Positions 41,333 to 51,430 are shown, counted from the first letter of the stretch. The stretch: 64,000 nucleotides of DNA from a virus (IMGVR_UViG_2795385890_000001); one strand, 5' to 3'. Translations and numbers: made by a program. Notes: generated by a model not told the origin, from the sequence alone.

Positions 41333-42790
41333 ATGGCCATGACCCCCGAGGACCTGGTCGTCCGAGTGTTTGCTGTAACCGACCTGAGGACTTTCGCCGG
41401 CAATCCGCGCCGGGGCCAGGTCGACGCCATCGTCCAGTCGCTGTCCCGTCATGGCCAGTACCGGCCCATTGTCGTCAACGCGGGCACTAAGACAGGTCGC
41501 CCCATGGAGGTGCTGGCGGGCAACCACACCCTCCTGGCGGCCCGCAAGCTGGGCTGGGACACCATCAGCGCCACGTTGCTGGACGTGTCCGAGCAGCAGG
41601 CCAAGGCCATCGTCGCGGCCGACAACCGTTTGTCCGACCTCGGTGACTACGACACCGCAGAACTGCTGGCGCTCCTGGAGGGCTTGGACGAGCTGGACGG
41701 CACCGGATACTCGGCGGCCGACTTGGAAGAGTTGGCGGCCGAGCTGAACCCGGGCGAGGGGGACACCGAGGGCGCCAAGGCGACGCTGGCCGAGCGGTTC
41801 GGTGTGCCGCCGCTGTCGGTGCTGGACGCACGGCAGGGTCCGTGGCGCGACCGCGGCCGGGCATGGAAGGCGTTAGGCATCGCCTCGGTCGAGGGCCGCG
41901 CGGTCGCCGGACAGATGGCCTACCAGGCAGCACAGACGGTCTACAAGAACTGGTACCAGGTCAAGAACACCGCCGAGGCGAAGCTAGGCCGGACCCTGGC
42001 CGACGACGAGATCATCGAGCGGTACGGCGACCAGCTCAAGCAGTACGAGGGCGGCCACGTCTCGGTGTTCGACCCCGTGCTGGCGGAGCTGCTGGTGACC
42101 TGGTTCTCCCCACCTGGCGCCGCGGTGGTCGATCCGTGGGCCGGTGGCAGCGTCCGCGGCATCGTGTCGTCCGCAATCGGCCGCCGGTACCGCGGCATAG
42201 ACCTGTCCGCAGACCAGATCGCAGAGAACGACGAGCAGTGGGCGGCGGTTGAGCCGAACCTGTACAACCCAGGCCCGAGGCCGGAATGGGTGCAGGGCGA
42301 CTCCCGGGAGCTGCTCAAGACCTTCGACGCTGACTCCTTCGACATGATGATCGGCTGCCCTCCGTACTACGACCTGGAGCAGTACTCCAAGGACCCGGCG
42401 GACCTATCCGCCATGTCGACGGCCGAATTCGACCAGGCGTTCATCGAGACCATCGGGGAGGTGGCGCGCGTGCTCATCGATGACTCATTCGCCTGCCTGG
42501 TGGTCGGGTCCGTGCGCGACAAGCGCGGAGACCTGCGGGACATGCGGGCACTCGTGCAGCGCGCCGCCACAGAGGCCGGTATGAAGCTGGCCAACGACGC
42601 TGTGCTCGTGCAGGCAGTCGGCTCCAACCGGTTCACTGCCGCCAAGCAGTTCACGCAGGGCCGCTCACTGGGACGCACCCACCAGGACATCCTCGTGCTG
42701 GTCAAGGGCGACCGGAAACGGGCTGCCCGCCGGTGCGGTGAGGTCCAGATGGTCATCGACCCCCCAGCAGATGAGGACGGCAGCGACTAG
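41333..42790 (+). CDS. ParB-like nuclease domain fused to a DNA (N6-adenine/N4-cytosine) methyltransferase
   Basis: N-terminal ParB/Srx motif LAGNHTLLAARKLGW. MTase motif I DPWAGGS and motif IV GCPPYY. Start at the ATG 23 bp after the C9 tract (track ORF starts at 41177). Confidence 0.65.
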   Translation: MAMTPEDLVVRVFAVTDLRTFAGNPRRGQVDAIVQSLSRHGQYRPIVVNAGTKTGRPMEVLAGNHTLLAARKLGWDTISATLLDVSEQQAKAIVAADNRLSDLGDYDTAELLALLEGLDELDGTGYSAADLEELAAELNPGEGDTEGAKATLAERFGVPPLSVLDARQGPWRDRGRAWKALGIASVEGRAVAGQMAYQAAQTVYKNWYQVKNTAEAKLGRTLADDEIIERYGDQLKQYEGGHVSVFDPVLAELLVTWFSPPGAAVVDPWAGGSVRGIVSSAIGRRYRGIDLSADQIAENDEQWAAVEPNLYNPGPRPEWVQGDSRELLKTFDADSFDMMIGCPPYYDLEQYSKDPADLSAMSTAEFDQAFIETIGEVARVLIDDSFACLVVGSVRDKRGDLRDMRALVQRAATEAGMKLANDAVLVQAVGSNRFTAAKQFTQGRSLGRTHQDILVLVKGDRKRAARRCGEVQMVIDPPADEDGSD

Positions 42791-43239
42791 TGCGCGCCGC
42801 CGAACGCCTGGAGCGGGACATGAAGGCAGTGCGGCTGTTCATCGCCGGTAAGTCCTTCCGCGCCATCCAGGAGGCATGCGGCTACAACACCCTGGCCGCC
42901 TGCCACAAGGCGGTACGCCGCGAGATGGCGAAGTCAGAACGGCGCGACCTGCTCCGCGACAAGGCATTCGACGTCTACCTAGAGCGGCTGGAGGCACTGT
43001 GGGCCGCCCACTATCCGCGGGCGGTCGCTGGGGACACCCGATCTGCTGAACACTGCCGCCGCGTCGCCCAGCAGGAGGCCCGGCTATTCGGGCTTGAGCC
43101 AGCGGCCGGGAGCCGGGTCGGCGGAGACCCGCCGGACCCTGACGGAAACGAAGACGATGAGAGCACCGAGGGCAGCGGCGATGCCAGCGGTGACAACGTG
43201 AGTGACCTCGACGAGTGGCGTTCTCGACAGAACGCTTAG
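42790..43239 (+). CDS. Terminase small subunit (HTH-type)
   Basis: Position directly upstream of TerL; N-terminal HTH LFIAGKSFRAIQEACGY; acidic C-terminus. Confidence 0.5.
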   Translation: MRAAERLERDMKAVRLFIAGKSFRAIQEACGYNTLAACHKAVRREMAKSERRDLLRDKAFDVYLERLEALWAAHYPRAVAGDTRSAEHCRRVAQQEARLFGLEPAAGSRVGGDPPDPDGNEDDESTEGSGDASGDNVSDLDEWRSRQNA

Positions 43240-44812
43240 GGGACACACGGTCCCCAGGCTGTTCACGCCACCCCTAGCTGATCACTGCGACCCCGACCTA
43301 CCCGAGACCTGCGAATGCGGGTGTGGCCTAAACCCCGCTACCTCGTGGGGCTTTGGCTGCATCGACTTTCTCGAAAATGTCGTCAACTGGGAACTTCTGC
43401 CGTACCAGAAGTGGCTCTACATCCACGCCCTGGAGAAGGGCGCCAACGGAACCGGATTCAGGTTCCGCACCGTCTGCATTTTGATCGCCCGCCAGAACGG
43501 CAAAACCCAGTGGCTGCGCGGCCTCGGCCTCTGGCGCCTGTACCTCAACAAGACCGGCCGCCCGATGGTCGGGAAGCCACCGGCGGCGAAAACGGTCCTG
43601 ATCGCCGCGCAGGGCCTGGAGTACGCCGAGGCGACGCTGGGCGAAGTCGTCATCAACGTCGACGAATGCCCAGCTCTCAAGCGGGAATTCGTCAAGCACG
43701 TACAGACGAACGGCAAGCACCGGATGCTGCTGACTGGCCGCCGGTCATGGCGCGCGGTCGCCGCAAACCGCAAGGGCGGCCGTTCCTTCTCCGTCGATCT
43801 GGCGCAGCTGGACGAGCTGCGCGAGCACCACGACTGGCTGGCCTGGGATGCCATCGTCCCGACCACTACTGCCCGGCCAAACAGCCAAGTTGTCTGCGCA
43901 TCCAACGCCGGTGACAAGCGCTCCATGGTGCTTCGTTCTGTCCGGCAGGGCTGCCTAGAGGACATCTACCGGCGGGACACCGACGGCACCAGCACCGGCC
44001 TATTCGAGTGGTCGGCGCCGGACGACGCCGAGCCGAGTAACCGGTCGGTGTGGCCCATGGCCAACCCTGCCCTCGGCTGGCTGCCGGGCCACGACGAGGA
44101 GTCACTGGCCGCCAAGTACGAGGCGAAGCGCGGCGACATCGCCGGATTCAAGACCGAGCACCTATGCCAATGGGTCGACACCTTGTTGCCCGGAATCATC
44201 GAGCCCGAGCACTGGGCGGAAACGATGGACCCGGACTCACGCAGGGCTGAGGGGGCGCCTGTGTGGGCTGCCGTAGACGTCAACTTCCAACGCTCCCGCG
44301 CATATATCGCCATCGCGGCGCGCCGCGCGGACGGCCTTCTACACGTCGAGGTCGTGAAGGCCGGACGCGGAACCGACTGGATCATCCCGTGGTTCACCGA
44401 CTCCACACGCGCCGGAAAGTTCGTCGCAGTGGCTGTACAGGTCCGCGGTGCGCCAGCCTCCGGGCTGATCGAGGGCATGGAAAAGGCCGAAATCCCAGTG
44501 CTGGAGTGGGGCGGCCCGGACCTTGCGAAGGCGTGCGGCGACTTCTACGACGGCCTCGTGCAACGCGGCATCAAGCACCGGCCCCAGGCAGCACTAGATA
44601 CCGCCGCCGCATCCGCCGCAGCGAAATCACTAGGCGACGCATGGGTATTCGACCGCAAGGGAAGCCCAGTCGACGCCTCTCCGCTGGTTGCCTGCGCCGC
44701 GGCGGCGTGGGCCGAATCCAAGGGGGTACCGGAGCCAGACCCGGTACCTGAAATCCATGAATGGCCCGACGACGAGGAGATCGCACGATGGGAACGAGGG
44801 GAGTTTGAGTGA
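43202..44812 (+). CDS. Terminase large subunit
   Basis: Walker A ILIARQNGKTQW; Terminase_6-like ATPase plus C-terminal RNaseH-like nuclease region; 536 aa. Confidence 0.8.
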   Translation: MTSTSGVLDRTLRGHTVPRLFTPPLADHCDPDLPETCECGCGLNPATSWGFGCIDFLENVVNWELLPYQKWLYIHALEKGANGTGFRFRTVCILIARQNGKTQWLRGLGLWRLYLNKTGRPMVGKPPAAKTVLIAAQGLEYAEATLGEVVINVDECPALKREFVKHVQTNGKHRMLLTGRRSWRAVAANRKGGRSFSVDLAQLDELREHHDWLAWDAIVPTTTARPNSQVVCASNAGDKRSMVLRSVRQGCLEDIYRRDTDGTSTGLFEWSAPDDAEPSNRSVWPMANPALGWLPGHDEESLAAKYEAKRGDIAGFKTEHLCQWVDTLLPGIIEPEHWAETMDPDSRRAEGAPVWAAVDVNFQRSRAYIAIAARRADGLLHVEVVKAGRGTDWIIPWFTDSTRAGKFVAVAVQVRGAPASGLIEGMEKAEIPVLEWGGPDLAKACGDFYDGLVQRGIKHRPQAALDTAAASAAAKSLGDAWVFDRKGSPVDASPLVACAAAAWAESKGVPEPDPVPEIHEWPDDEEIARWERGEFE

Positions 44813-44982
44813 TCAGGTTTGCCGTAGCAACGCTCGTTGAGCTGCTAGGAATCTTCGCGATTGTCGCTGGCGTGTGGGTAATTTACCCCCCAGCAGGGCT
44901 AATTGTCACCGGAATAGGTTGTGTAGCAATAGGTTTAGCAATAGACCCGCCTCCTAGCCGTGAGCGGCGGACTGAGCAGTGA
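44809..44982 (+). CDS. Small membrane protein (57 aa, two hydrophobic helices) in a local low-GC island
   Basis: VIRFAVATLVELLGIFAIVAGVWVIYPPAGLIVTGIGCVAIGLAIDPP. About 52% GC vs about 68% around it; AT-rich codons (ATA, TTA, AAT). Coupled to TerL stop and portal start. Confidence 0.35.
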   Translation: MIRFAVATLVELLGIFAIVAGVWVIYPPAGLIVTGIGCVAIGLAIDPPPSRERRTEQ

Positions 44983-46286
44983 GCTTCCTGTCCCGCATCT
45001 TCACCGGCGCACCCGCGGTGGAGGAGCGGGCCATCACCAGCTCGTCATTTGTGCCCACCCCGGCCGAGGACGCCGCGATGAACGGCATGTACGGGTACGG
45101 GTCCATGACGCCGACGGGCACCCGCGAGATGCAGGTCGCCGCCTTCTCCGCCTGCGTAACGCTTCTCGCCGACACCATCGCCGCGCTGCCGCTTGTCGCA
45201 TACCGACGCCAGGGCAAGACCAAGGTGGCCCTCGACCCCCAGCCCGTCATCGTCCAACAGCCTTACGTAGAAAACACGATCTTCGACTGGGTCTGGATGC
45301 TGGTTGAAGCGCTGGCTGTAACTGGAAACGGCTACGGCTACATAACATCCCGCGGACCAGACGACCGGCCACGTGGCATCATGCCCGTCCATCCCGACTG
45401 CATCACAGTGGAGATGCCCGACAAGGACCGGTGGCCCAACCCCAACTATTACGTTGAGGGCAGCAAGGTCGACCGCTCCGACATCCTCCATATCAAGCGT
45501 TACCCCATCGCCGGAGCGGCACTCGGGCTGTCCCCTGTACAACGCGCAGCAGCAGCCGTCGGCATCGCCCTTGCCGCAGAACGATACGGCCTCAACTACT
45601 TCCGCGACTCAGCCAACCCCAGCTCTGTCCTTGAAACAGACCTCGTCCTAGACGCCACGGCAACCAAGAATCTGCAACAGCAATGGATCGCCAGCCATGG
45701 CGGCCGTCGCCGCCCCGCGATCCTGTCCGGCGGGGTGAAGTGGCGTCCAATCGCCATATCACCCAACGAGTCCCAGTTCCTGGAGACGCGCAAGTACCAG
45801 CGCGGCGAGATCGCCATGCTGTTCCGTATCCCGCCCCACATGATCGGCGACACCGAGAAGACGACCTCATGGGGTACCGGCATCGAACAGCAGTCCACCG
45901 GCTTCGTCCGGTACACCCTGCGCCCCTGGCTCACCTGCATTGAGCAGCAACTGTCCACACTGCTCCCGCGCGGCGTCTTCGTGAAGTTCGACGTCAACGA
46001 CCTGCTCCGCGGCGACATCAAGTCCCTATGGACGTCCTACAAGGCCGGTCGCGACGCCGGTGTCTACAGCGTCAACGACATCCGCGAACGCGAGGACATG
46101 GAACCCGTGGAGGGCGGTGACATCCGGCTGCAACCCACCAACATGGCGCCCCTTGGCTGGACGCCCCCGGACCCACCCGGGACGTCCGAGGCAGAGCCAG
46201 CACCCGAGGACGACGAGACCCCCGAAGAAGAACCGGCCGACGAACCCGACGAGGACGAAGAAGGCACGGGACAGGAGGACCAATGA
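44979..46286 (+). CDS. Portal protein (HK97 family)
   Basis: 435 aa between terminase and protease; acidic C-terminus. Confidence 0.75.
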   Translation: MSFLSRIFTGAPAVEERAITSSSFVPTPAEDAAMNGMYGYGSMTPTGTREMQVAAFSACVTLLADTIAALPLVAYRRQGKTKVALDPQPVIVQQPYVENTIFDWVWMLVEALAVTGNGYGYITSRGPDDRPRGIMPVHPDCITVEMPDKDRWPNPNYYVEGSKVDRSDILHIKRYPIAGAALGLSPVQRAAAAVGIALAAERYGLNYFRDSANPSSVLETDLVLDATATKNLQQQWIASHGGRRRPAILSGGVKWRPIAISPNESQFLETRKYQRGEIAMLFRIPPHMIGDTEKTTSWGTGIEQQSTGFVRYTLRPWLTCIEQQLSTLLPRGVFVKFDVNDLLRGDIKSLWTSYKAGRDAGVYSVNDIREREDMEPVEGGDIRLQPTNMAPLGWTPPDPPGTSEAEPAPEDDETPEEEPADEPDEDEEGTGQEDQ

Positions 46287-47167
46287 CCACCAACACCATT
46301 CGCGCCGACCGCGACAACCGCAAGGACGTCTGGGAGCACCGCCGGACATCCTCGTTCGAAGTCCGCGAGGACAGCGACACCATCACCCTCACCGGGTACG
46401 CGTCGACGTTCGAGCCGTACGAGATGTACGGCGGCCCCGACGCTGGCGGCTGGATCGAGCAGCTGGACAGGGCCGCCTTCACCAACACCCTCCGTGAGAA
46501 GCCGGACCTCCACCTGCTGATCAACCACGAGGGCATGCCGCTTGCGCGCACCAAGTCCGACACCCTCCAGCTGAGCGTCGACCGGCACGGCCTCAAGATC
46601 ACAGCCCAGCTCGACCGGTCCGACCCCGACGTACAACGGCTGGAGCCGAAGATGCGCCGCGGGGACATGGACGAGATGTCCTTCGCTTTCCGCGTGAAGG
46701 GCCAGAAGTGGGAGTGCACCGAGGAATTCCCGGAGGACAACTACGCCCTCCGCACCATCACTGAGGTCTCGCTGCACAAGGGAGATGTGTCCGTGGTCAA
46801 CTTCGGCGCCAACCCCACCACCAGCGCCGAACTCAAGTCAGTCGACCAGGCCCTCGCGTTCCTGGCCGACTGCGACCCCGGCGCGCTCGCTGAAATCCGA
46901 TCCGACGGGGAACTTCTCCGCCGAGCACGCGCCGTCTTGAACTCCCTCGGCAGCATCGACAAGGTTGCCGCGGTGCAGGCGGCCCATACCACGGCCCGCG
47001 CCGCCGCAGACGCTGCATCTGCCGCAGCCCAGCTCATGCAATCTCGGTCCGAGGACGACGCCCCCAAGGGCATGTCGCTGCGAGAGGCCATGGCCCGCCA
47101 GGGCTTTGCGTCTGAGGACGGCTCCGTGCTGTCCCTCAACGACGCGCTCGCAGTCATCGACCGGTAA
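46283..47167 (+). CDS. Prohead protease (HK97-family S78)
   Basis: Sits between portal and capsid; C-terminal region can act as scaffold. Confidence 0.7.
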   Translation: MTTNTIRADRDNRKDVWEHRRTSSFEVREDSDTITLTGYASTFEPYEMYGGPDAGGWIEQLDRAAFTNTLREKPDLHLLINHEGMPLARTKSDTLQLSVDRHGLKITAQLDRSDPDVQRLEPKMRRGDMDEMSFAFRVKGQKWECTEEFPEDNYALRTITEVSLHKGDVSVVNFGANPTTSAELKSVDQALAFLADCDPGALAEIRSDGELLRRARAVLNSLGSIDKVAAVQAAHTTARAAADAASAAAQLMQSRSEDDAPKGMSLREAMARQGFASEDGSVLSLNDALAVIDR

Positions 47168-47218
47168 CACCCGGCGCCAGAAGGCGCCCCACAAATTCCA
47201 CCCGACGCATCAACCGCA

Positions 47219-47247
47219 AGGCCCCCGGCACCCCGGGGGCCTTTTTC
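47219..47247 (+). terminator. Rho-independent terminator-like hairpin (GGCCCCCGG-CACC-CCGGGGGCC + TTTTTCG)
   Basis: Perfect 9-bp GC stem with a T5 tail between the protease and capsid genes. Confidence 0.5.
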
Positions 47248-47356
47248 GTGCGCCGGGTCGAACGGCCTGCCCCCGCTCGGGGCCGCCGGTGCCCAGCTCG
47301 GGCCGCCCACCAAATCGAAACGCCCACAAGGGCATACACGAAAGGAACGAACCTCA

Positions 47357-48751
47357 ATGACTGAGTCTGTTGAGGAAGCACGCATCAAGCGGCTGGGTTC
47401 GCTGCGTGCCACGGCCGAGTCCGAGCTGGAGACCCTCGTGGCACAGCGGACGGCCATCACCGAAATCGTCAAGGAAGAGGCCCGTGAGGACCTCACCCCT
47501 GAGGAAGACGTCGATTTCCGCGCGAAGTCGGCCGCGATCAAGGCGAAGCAGGGTGAGATCGCGGGCTACAACGAGCGCATCCAGGAGCTGTCCGACGAGA
47601 TCGAGCGGTCCGGGAAGCTGAACGACGAGGCCGCCAAGGTCCGTCGCGCACAGGCCCGGGTCGAATCGGTCAAGGAAGCAGCCGCCTACGCCAAGGGCAA
47701 CGGCCGGTCCTACCTCCAGGACCTCATGCGGGTCCAGCGGAACATGGACCCCAACGGCAAGAGCCTGGAACGGCTCCAGCGTCACGCCCAGGACGTCGCC
47801 AGCGACTCCGAGTACCGCGACCTGGACCGTACCGACGGCAACGGCGGCTACTTCGTGCCCCCGGCCTGGCTGGTCAACCAGTACGTGCCCCTGGCGCGCG
47901 CTGGCCGCGCCTACGCCAACCTGGTCACCTCCCAGCCGCTGCCGTCCGGCACCGACAGCATCAACATCCCCAAGGTCACCGCGGGGACCGCGACTGCTGT
48001 CCAGACGGCCGATAACGCGGCCGTCGCCGAGCAGGACCTCGACGACAACTTCATCGAGGCCAAGGTGCGGACCGTCGCCGGTCAGCAGGACGTCGCTATC
48101 CAGCTCCTGGATCAGTCGCCCGTCAACTTCGACGAGGTCGTCTTCCAGGATCTGATCGCGGACTTCGGCACCAAGCTAGACCTCCAGGTCCTTGCAGGTT
48201 CCGGGGCCAGTGGCCAGGTGCTGGGTGTCCACGGCACCCCGGGCATCGGAACCATCGCCATTACCGCGCTGACGGTGGCCTCGTTCTACGCGGCCATCGC
48301 AGACGCTATCCAGCGGGTACACACCAGCCGGTTCCTGCCCCCGACGCACATCGTGATGCACCCCCGCCGTTGGGGCTGGCTCACCGCGTCGCTGGACGGC
48401 GACCAGCGCCCGCTCGTGCTGCCTGCGGCCAACGCGCCGCAGAACGCCCTCGCCACCCTGGACGCCGTCGCGTCCCAGCAGGTGGTCGGCCAGCTCCAGG
48501 GCCTGCCGGTGGTGACCGACCCCAACATCGGCACCGCGTACGGCACCGGCACCAACGAGGACGTTGTGTACGTGCAGCGCTCCGCGGACCTGCTGCTGTT
48601 CGAGTCGGGTATCCGTACCCGCACCCTGCCGGAGCCGGGCGCGAAGAACCTGACGGTGTGCCTCCAGGTGTACGGCTACCTGGCCTTCACCGCCGGGCGC
48701 TACCCGCAGTCCGTGGTCGAGATCGGCGGACTGACCCCGCCCGCATTCTGA
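47357..48751 (+). CDS. Major capsid protein (HK97 fold) with N-terminal coiled-coil delta/scaffold domain
   Basis: 464 aa. First ~110 aa charged coiled coil, then a capsid-like body. RBS AAAGGAACGAACC upstream. Confidence 0.75.
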   Translation: MTESVEEARIKRLGSLRATAESELETLVAQRTAITEIVKEEAREDLTPEEDVDFRAKSAAIKAKQGEIAGYNERIQELSDEIERSGKLNDEAAKVRRAQARVESVKEAAAYAKGNGRSYLQDLMRVQRNMDPNGKSLERLQRHAQDVASDSEYRDLDRTDGNGGYFVPPAWLVNQYVPLARAGRAYANLVTSQPLPSGTDSINIPKVTAGTATAVQTADNAAVAEQDLDDNFIEAKVRTVAGQQDVAIQLLDQSPVNFDEVVFQDLIADFGTKLDLQVLAGSGASGQVLGVHGTPGIGTIAITALTVASFYAAIADAIQRVHTSRFLPPTHIVMHPRRWGWLTASLDGDQRPLVLPAANAPQNALATLDAVASQQVVGQLQGLPVVTDPNIGTAYGTGTNEDVVYVQRSADLLLFESGIRTRTLPEPGAKNLTVCLQVYGYLAFTAGRYPQSVVEIGGLTPPAF

Positions 48752-48842
48752 CCCACCGCTAGGGCCACCCACCGCCCCGTAACCCGGGGCGGTGGGTGCG
48801 CCCAGCACCACGACACGACAACAACAGAGGAGCCGAAATCCC

Positions 48843-49184
48843 ATGGCACTAAAGAAGCGCGACGCCGTCGCCGACACCGTCGCCGCACTGGAGACCAAGC
48901 GCGAATTGCTGGCGTCCCTCGGCGAAGACACCTCCGCCATCGACGCCAAGCTCGCCGAGTGGCGCGCAGACATTGACCCGGTCGAGCCCGCCCCGCCGGT
49001 CGAGAACAAGGTCGCCCCCGCGGCGCCGGAGAAGGCAACCCCGCCCGCATCAGAGAACGCCTCCGTCAAGCCCGGCAAGGCCGCGCCCACCAAGGCAACC
49101 GCCGCCAAGTCAGAACCCGCACCGGCACAGGCGAAGACCGAGGAGACCAAGGCCGCTAATGGCGGACCTGGTAACGACAACTGA
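48843..49184 (+). CDS. Hypothetical Ala/Pro/Lys-rich protein
   Basis: MALKKRDAVADTVAALETKRELLASLG... then a low-complexity tail; position after the capsid gene. Confidence 0.4.
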   Translation: MALKKRDAVADTVAALETKRELLASLGEDTSAIDAKLAEWRADIDPVEPAPPVENKVAPAAPEKATPPASENASVKPGKAAPTKATAAKSEPAPAQAKTEETKAANGGPGNDN

Positions 49185-49713
49185 CCTCGGCAAGTTCGAG
49201 GCCGGTGACCCGCAGTGGTTCCTCGACACCGCTGAATCGGCGGTGCGTGACTACTGCGACTGGCACATCGCACCGTCTCGCCGCGAGGTGGATCGCCGAT
49301 GCGAGATAGGGGAGCGCGGCATCATCATGCTGCACTCCCTGCACGTCACCGATGTCGAGTCCGTGAAGGTCGACGGCCAGGTGCTCGAACCAGACGAATA
49401 CGACTGGGACGAGGCGGGATTCATTACACGGACCCGCACCACCTGGCCGCGCGGCCGGTACTGGCCAGTGTTCGGGCTGCCCTCACCGCGCTACGCCTAC
49501 GTCACCTTCACTCACGGCTACCCGGAGGTACCGCTGGCCGTGAAGGCGGTGATCCTGGAGTTGGCCTCCAGCGGCATCGAGCTGCCGTCATCGGTAGCCA
49601 CCGAGGCCACCGGCGGCCCGTTCCGCATCAAATTCAAGGGCACGGCGGGCCTGTCACTCAACAACGACCACCGCTCCCGGCTGGCGGACTACCGCATCCA
49701 GGCCATCGCGTGA
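49159..49713 (+). CDS. Head-tail connector / adaptor protein
   Basis: Size and position after the capsid gene. Overlaps the upstream ORF by 26 nt in another frame. Confidence 0.5.
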   Translation: MADLVTTTDLGKFEAGDPQWFLDTAESAVRDYCDWHIAPSRREVDRRCEIGERGIIMLHSLHVTDVESVKVDGQVLEPDEYDWDEAGFITRTRTTWPRGRYWPVFGLPSPRYAYVTFTHGYPEVPLAVKAVILELASSGIELPSSVATEATGGPFRIKFKGTAGLSLNNDHRSRLADYRIQAIA

Positions 49714-50087
49714 GCATCATCCCCGAGCCCTACGACATCGCGCACTACCCGTACAGCGCGACAACGGGAAATAACGCGCACGGCAACACCATTGGTGGCG
49801 TGGCGCAGACCCCGACAACCCGGCGGGCAATGGCCTTCTACCCCCGCGGTGAACGCGCCGCCGACAGAGTCGAGCCGGTAGCACCGGAGTACGTGGCCCG
49901 GCACATCGCCGAGTTGACGATGCTGGTGAAGGACCCAACCGTCTACAAAACCCAGGACCAGGTCGACATCCACGGCGCCCGCTTCGATGTCGTCGGTATG
50001 GGAGCTGACGGTGACTGGCGCAACGGGCCATGGCGGAAGTACTCGCGGATGTTCGGCGGGGAAATCTCTCTCAAGCGGGTCGGCTAG
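49710..50087 (+). CDS. Head-tail joining (head closure) protein
   Basis: GTG-coupled ORF in the connector region. Confidence 0.45.
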   Translation: MSIIPEPYDIAHYPYSATTGNNAHGNTIGGVAQTPTTRRAMAFYPRGERAADRVEPVAPEYVARHIAELTMLVKDPTVYKTQDQVDIHGARFDVVGMGADGDWRNGPWRKYSRMFGGEISLKRVG

Positions 50088-50335
50088 TGGCCGTACGCAT
50101 CAAGTACAACATGGCAGGGTTCCGCAAGATCCGACACGCATACGGGGAGTACGTCGAGCAGATCGCCCGCCAGGCCGCCGAGGGCCTGCCCGACGGCTAC
50201 GTGATTGTCGTGCAACGTGATCCAAACACGCAGCGTCCACGCATCTTCATCGTCGCCGCATCATATGCAGCCCGCCGCGACGACGCCGCCAACTCGCGGC
50301 TCCTCAAACTGATCGCCGGATTACGGGGCCGCTGA
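50087..50335 (+). CDS. Hypothetical neck/tail completion protein
   Basis: GTG shares a base with the upstream TAG; alternative ATG at 50111. Confidence 0.4.
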   Translation: MAVRIKYNMAGFRKIRHAYGEYVEQIARQAAEGLPDGYVIVVQRDPNTQRPRIFIVAASYAARRDDAANSRLLKLIAGLRGR

Positions 50336-50772
50336 TGCCCGCCCTATACCCGGCCATGCTGCCCGCCGACATGGTGGCCCTTGCCGTCACCTACCTGACA
50401 CCCCAACCCGCCCTGACGGTTCCGGTCGGCTCCAAACTGCCGCCCACCCGCACCGACACCACGCTGCCCGACGGATTCCTGCGAGTCGAGTTCGGCGGCG
50501 GCTCCCGCGCCAACCTCCTCGAATGGGACCTCGACCTCATCCTGTTCGGCTATCACCCCGATGAGGTTGAAGCGTCGACTATCTCGCGGATCGCGACAGC
50601 ACTCATGGACGCCGCGACCGGCCTCACCATCGACACCTGGTACGTCGTCTGGGCACGCGCCACGAGCCTGACACACGAGTCGAAGGACCCGAACGTGGCG
50701 ACACCCCGGTACCGGTCGATGGTCACCTGGCGCGTCCAGGGCCAACCCATCGGCTCACCCATCACCCCATAA
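50335..50772 (+). CDS. Hypothetical tail-terminator-like structural protein
   Basis: Start shares a base with the upstream stop; lies directly before the major tail protein. Confidence 0.4.
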   Translation: MPALYPAMLPADMVALAVTYLTPQPALTVPVGSKLPPTRTDTTLPDGFLRVEFGGGSRANLLEWDLDLILFGYHPDEVEASTISRIATALMDAATGLTIDTWYVVWARATSLTHESKDPNVATPRYRSMVTWRVQGQPIGSPITP

Positions 50773-50848
50773 CTCACCGCCCCCGCGCGGGAGATCAGGC
50801 CGTCCCGTCCGGGGCGGCCTTTCGCATATCACGAGAGGAAAGCCCCGC

Positions 50849-51430
50849 ATGGCTCTCAACAATGTGCTGGAGCTGGCCGCCCCGTCCCCGCGGGTCACCG
50901 GCGGCGTCCTGCGTGCACCGGTCGGCACCACCCTGCCGACCACCGCTATCGGCGCCCCCGCCGTGGCCTTCAACAACCTTGGCCACGTCGGTAAGGACGG
51001 CCTGGAACGCACCGAGGACCGGTCGAACCAGGAGGAGTACAACTGGGGTGGCGACCTAGTCGCGGTGCTCCAGGAAAAGTACGGCCTGGAAATCAAGTTC
51101 AAGCTGCTCCAGGTCAACAACGTCGACGTGCAGAAGGCCGTGCACGGTGCATCCAACGTCACCGTCACCCCGGCCAGCACCACGTCCGGCACCGAGATCA
51201 AGGCCGAACTGAACGCCAAGCTCCTGGACACGGGCGCATGGATTTTCGACGGCTTCTACAACCTGATCTCCATGCGCCTGGTCATCCCGATCGGTCGTAT
51301 CACCGCCGTCGCGCCCATCAAGTGGACGCACTCCGAACTGGCGGCCTACGAGTGCACGCTCAAGCCGTTCCCCGACGCCGACGGTAACCACGGCTACCAG
51401 TACTGGAACGACGGCGTGGTGACGATTTGA
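50849..51430 (+). CDS. Major tail protein
   Basis: 193 aa, beta-rich, strong RBS GAGAGGAAAGCC; located before the tail chaperone and tape measure. Confidence 0.65.
   Translation: MALNNVLELAAPSPRVTGGVLRAPVGTTLPTTAIGAPAVAFNNLGHVGKDGLERTEDRSNQEEYNWGGDLVAVLQEKYGLEIKFKLLQVNNVDVQKAVHGASNVTVTPASTTSGTEIKAELNAKLLDTGAWIFDGFYNLISMRLVIPIGRITAVAPIKWTHSELAAYECTLKPFPDADGNHGYQYWNDGVVTI

Noticed and set aside
50030-50111. ATG at 50030 as the start of the 50087..50335 gene
   Set aside because: It would overlap the upstream gene by 58 nt. The GTG at 50087 (sharing a base with the upstream TAG) or the ATG at 50111 fits the coupling pattern seen everywhere else.
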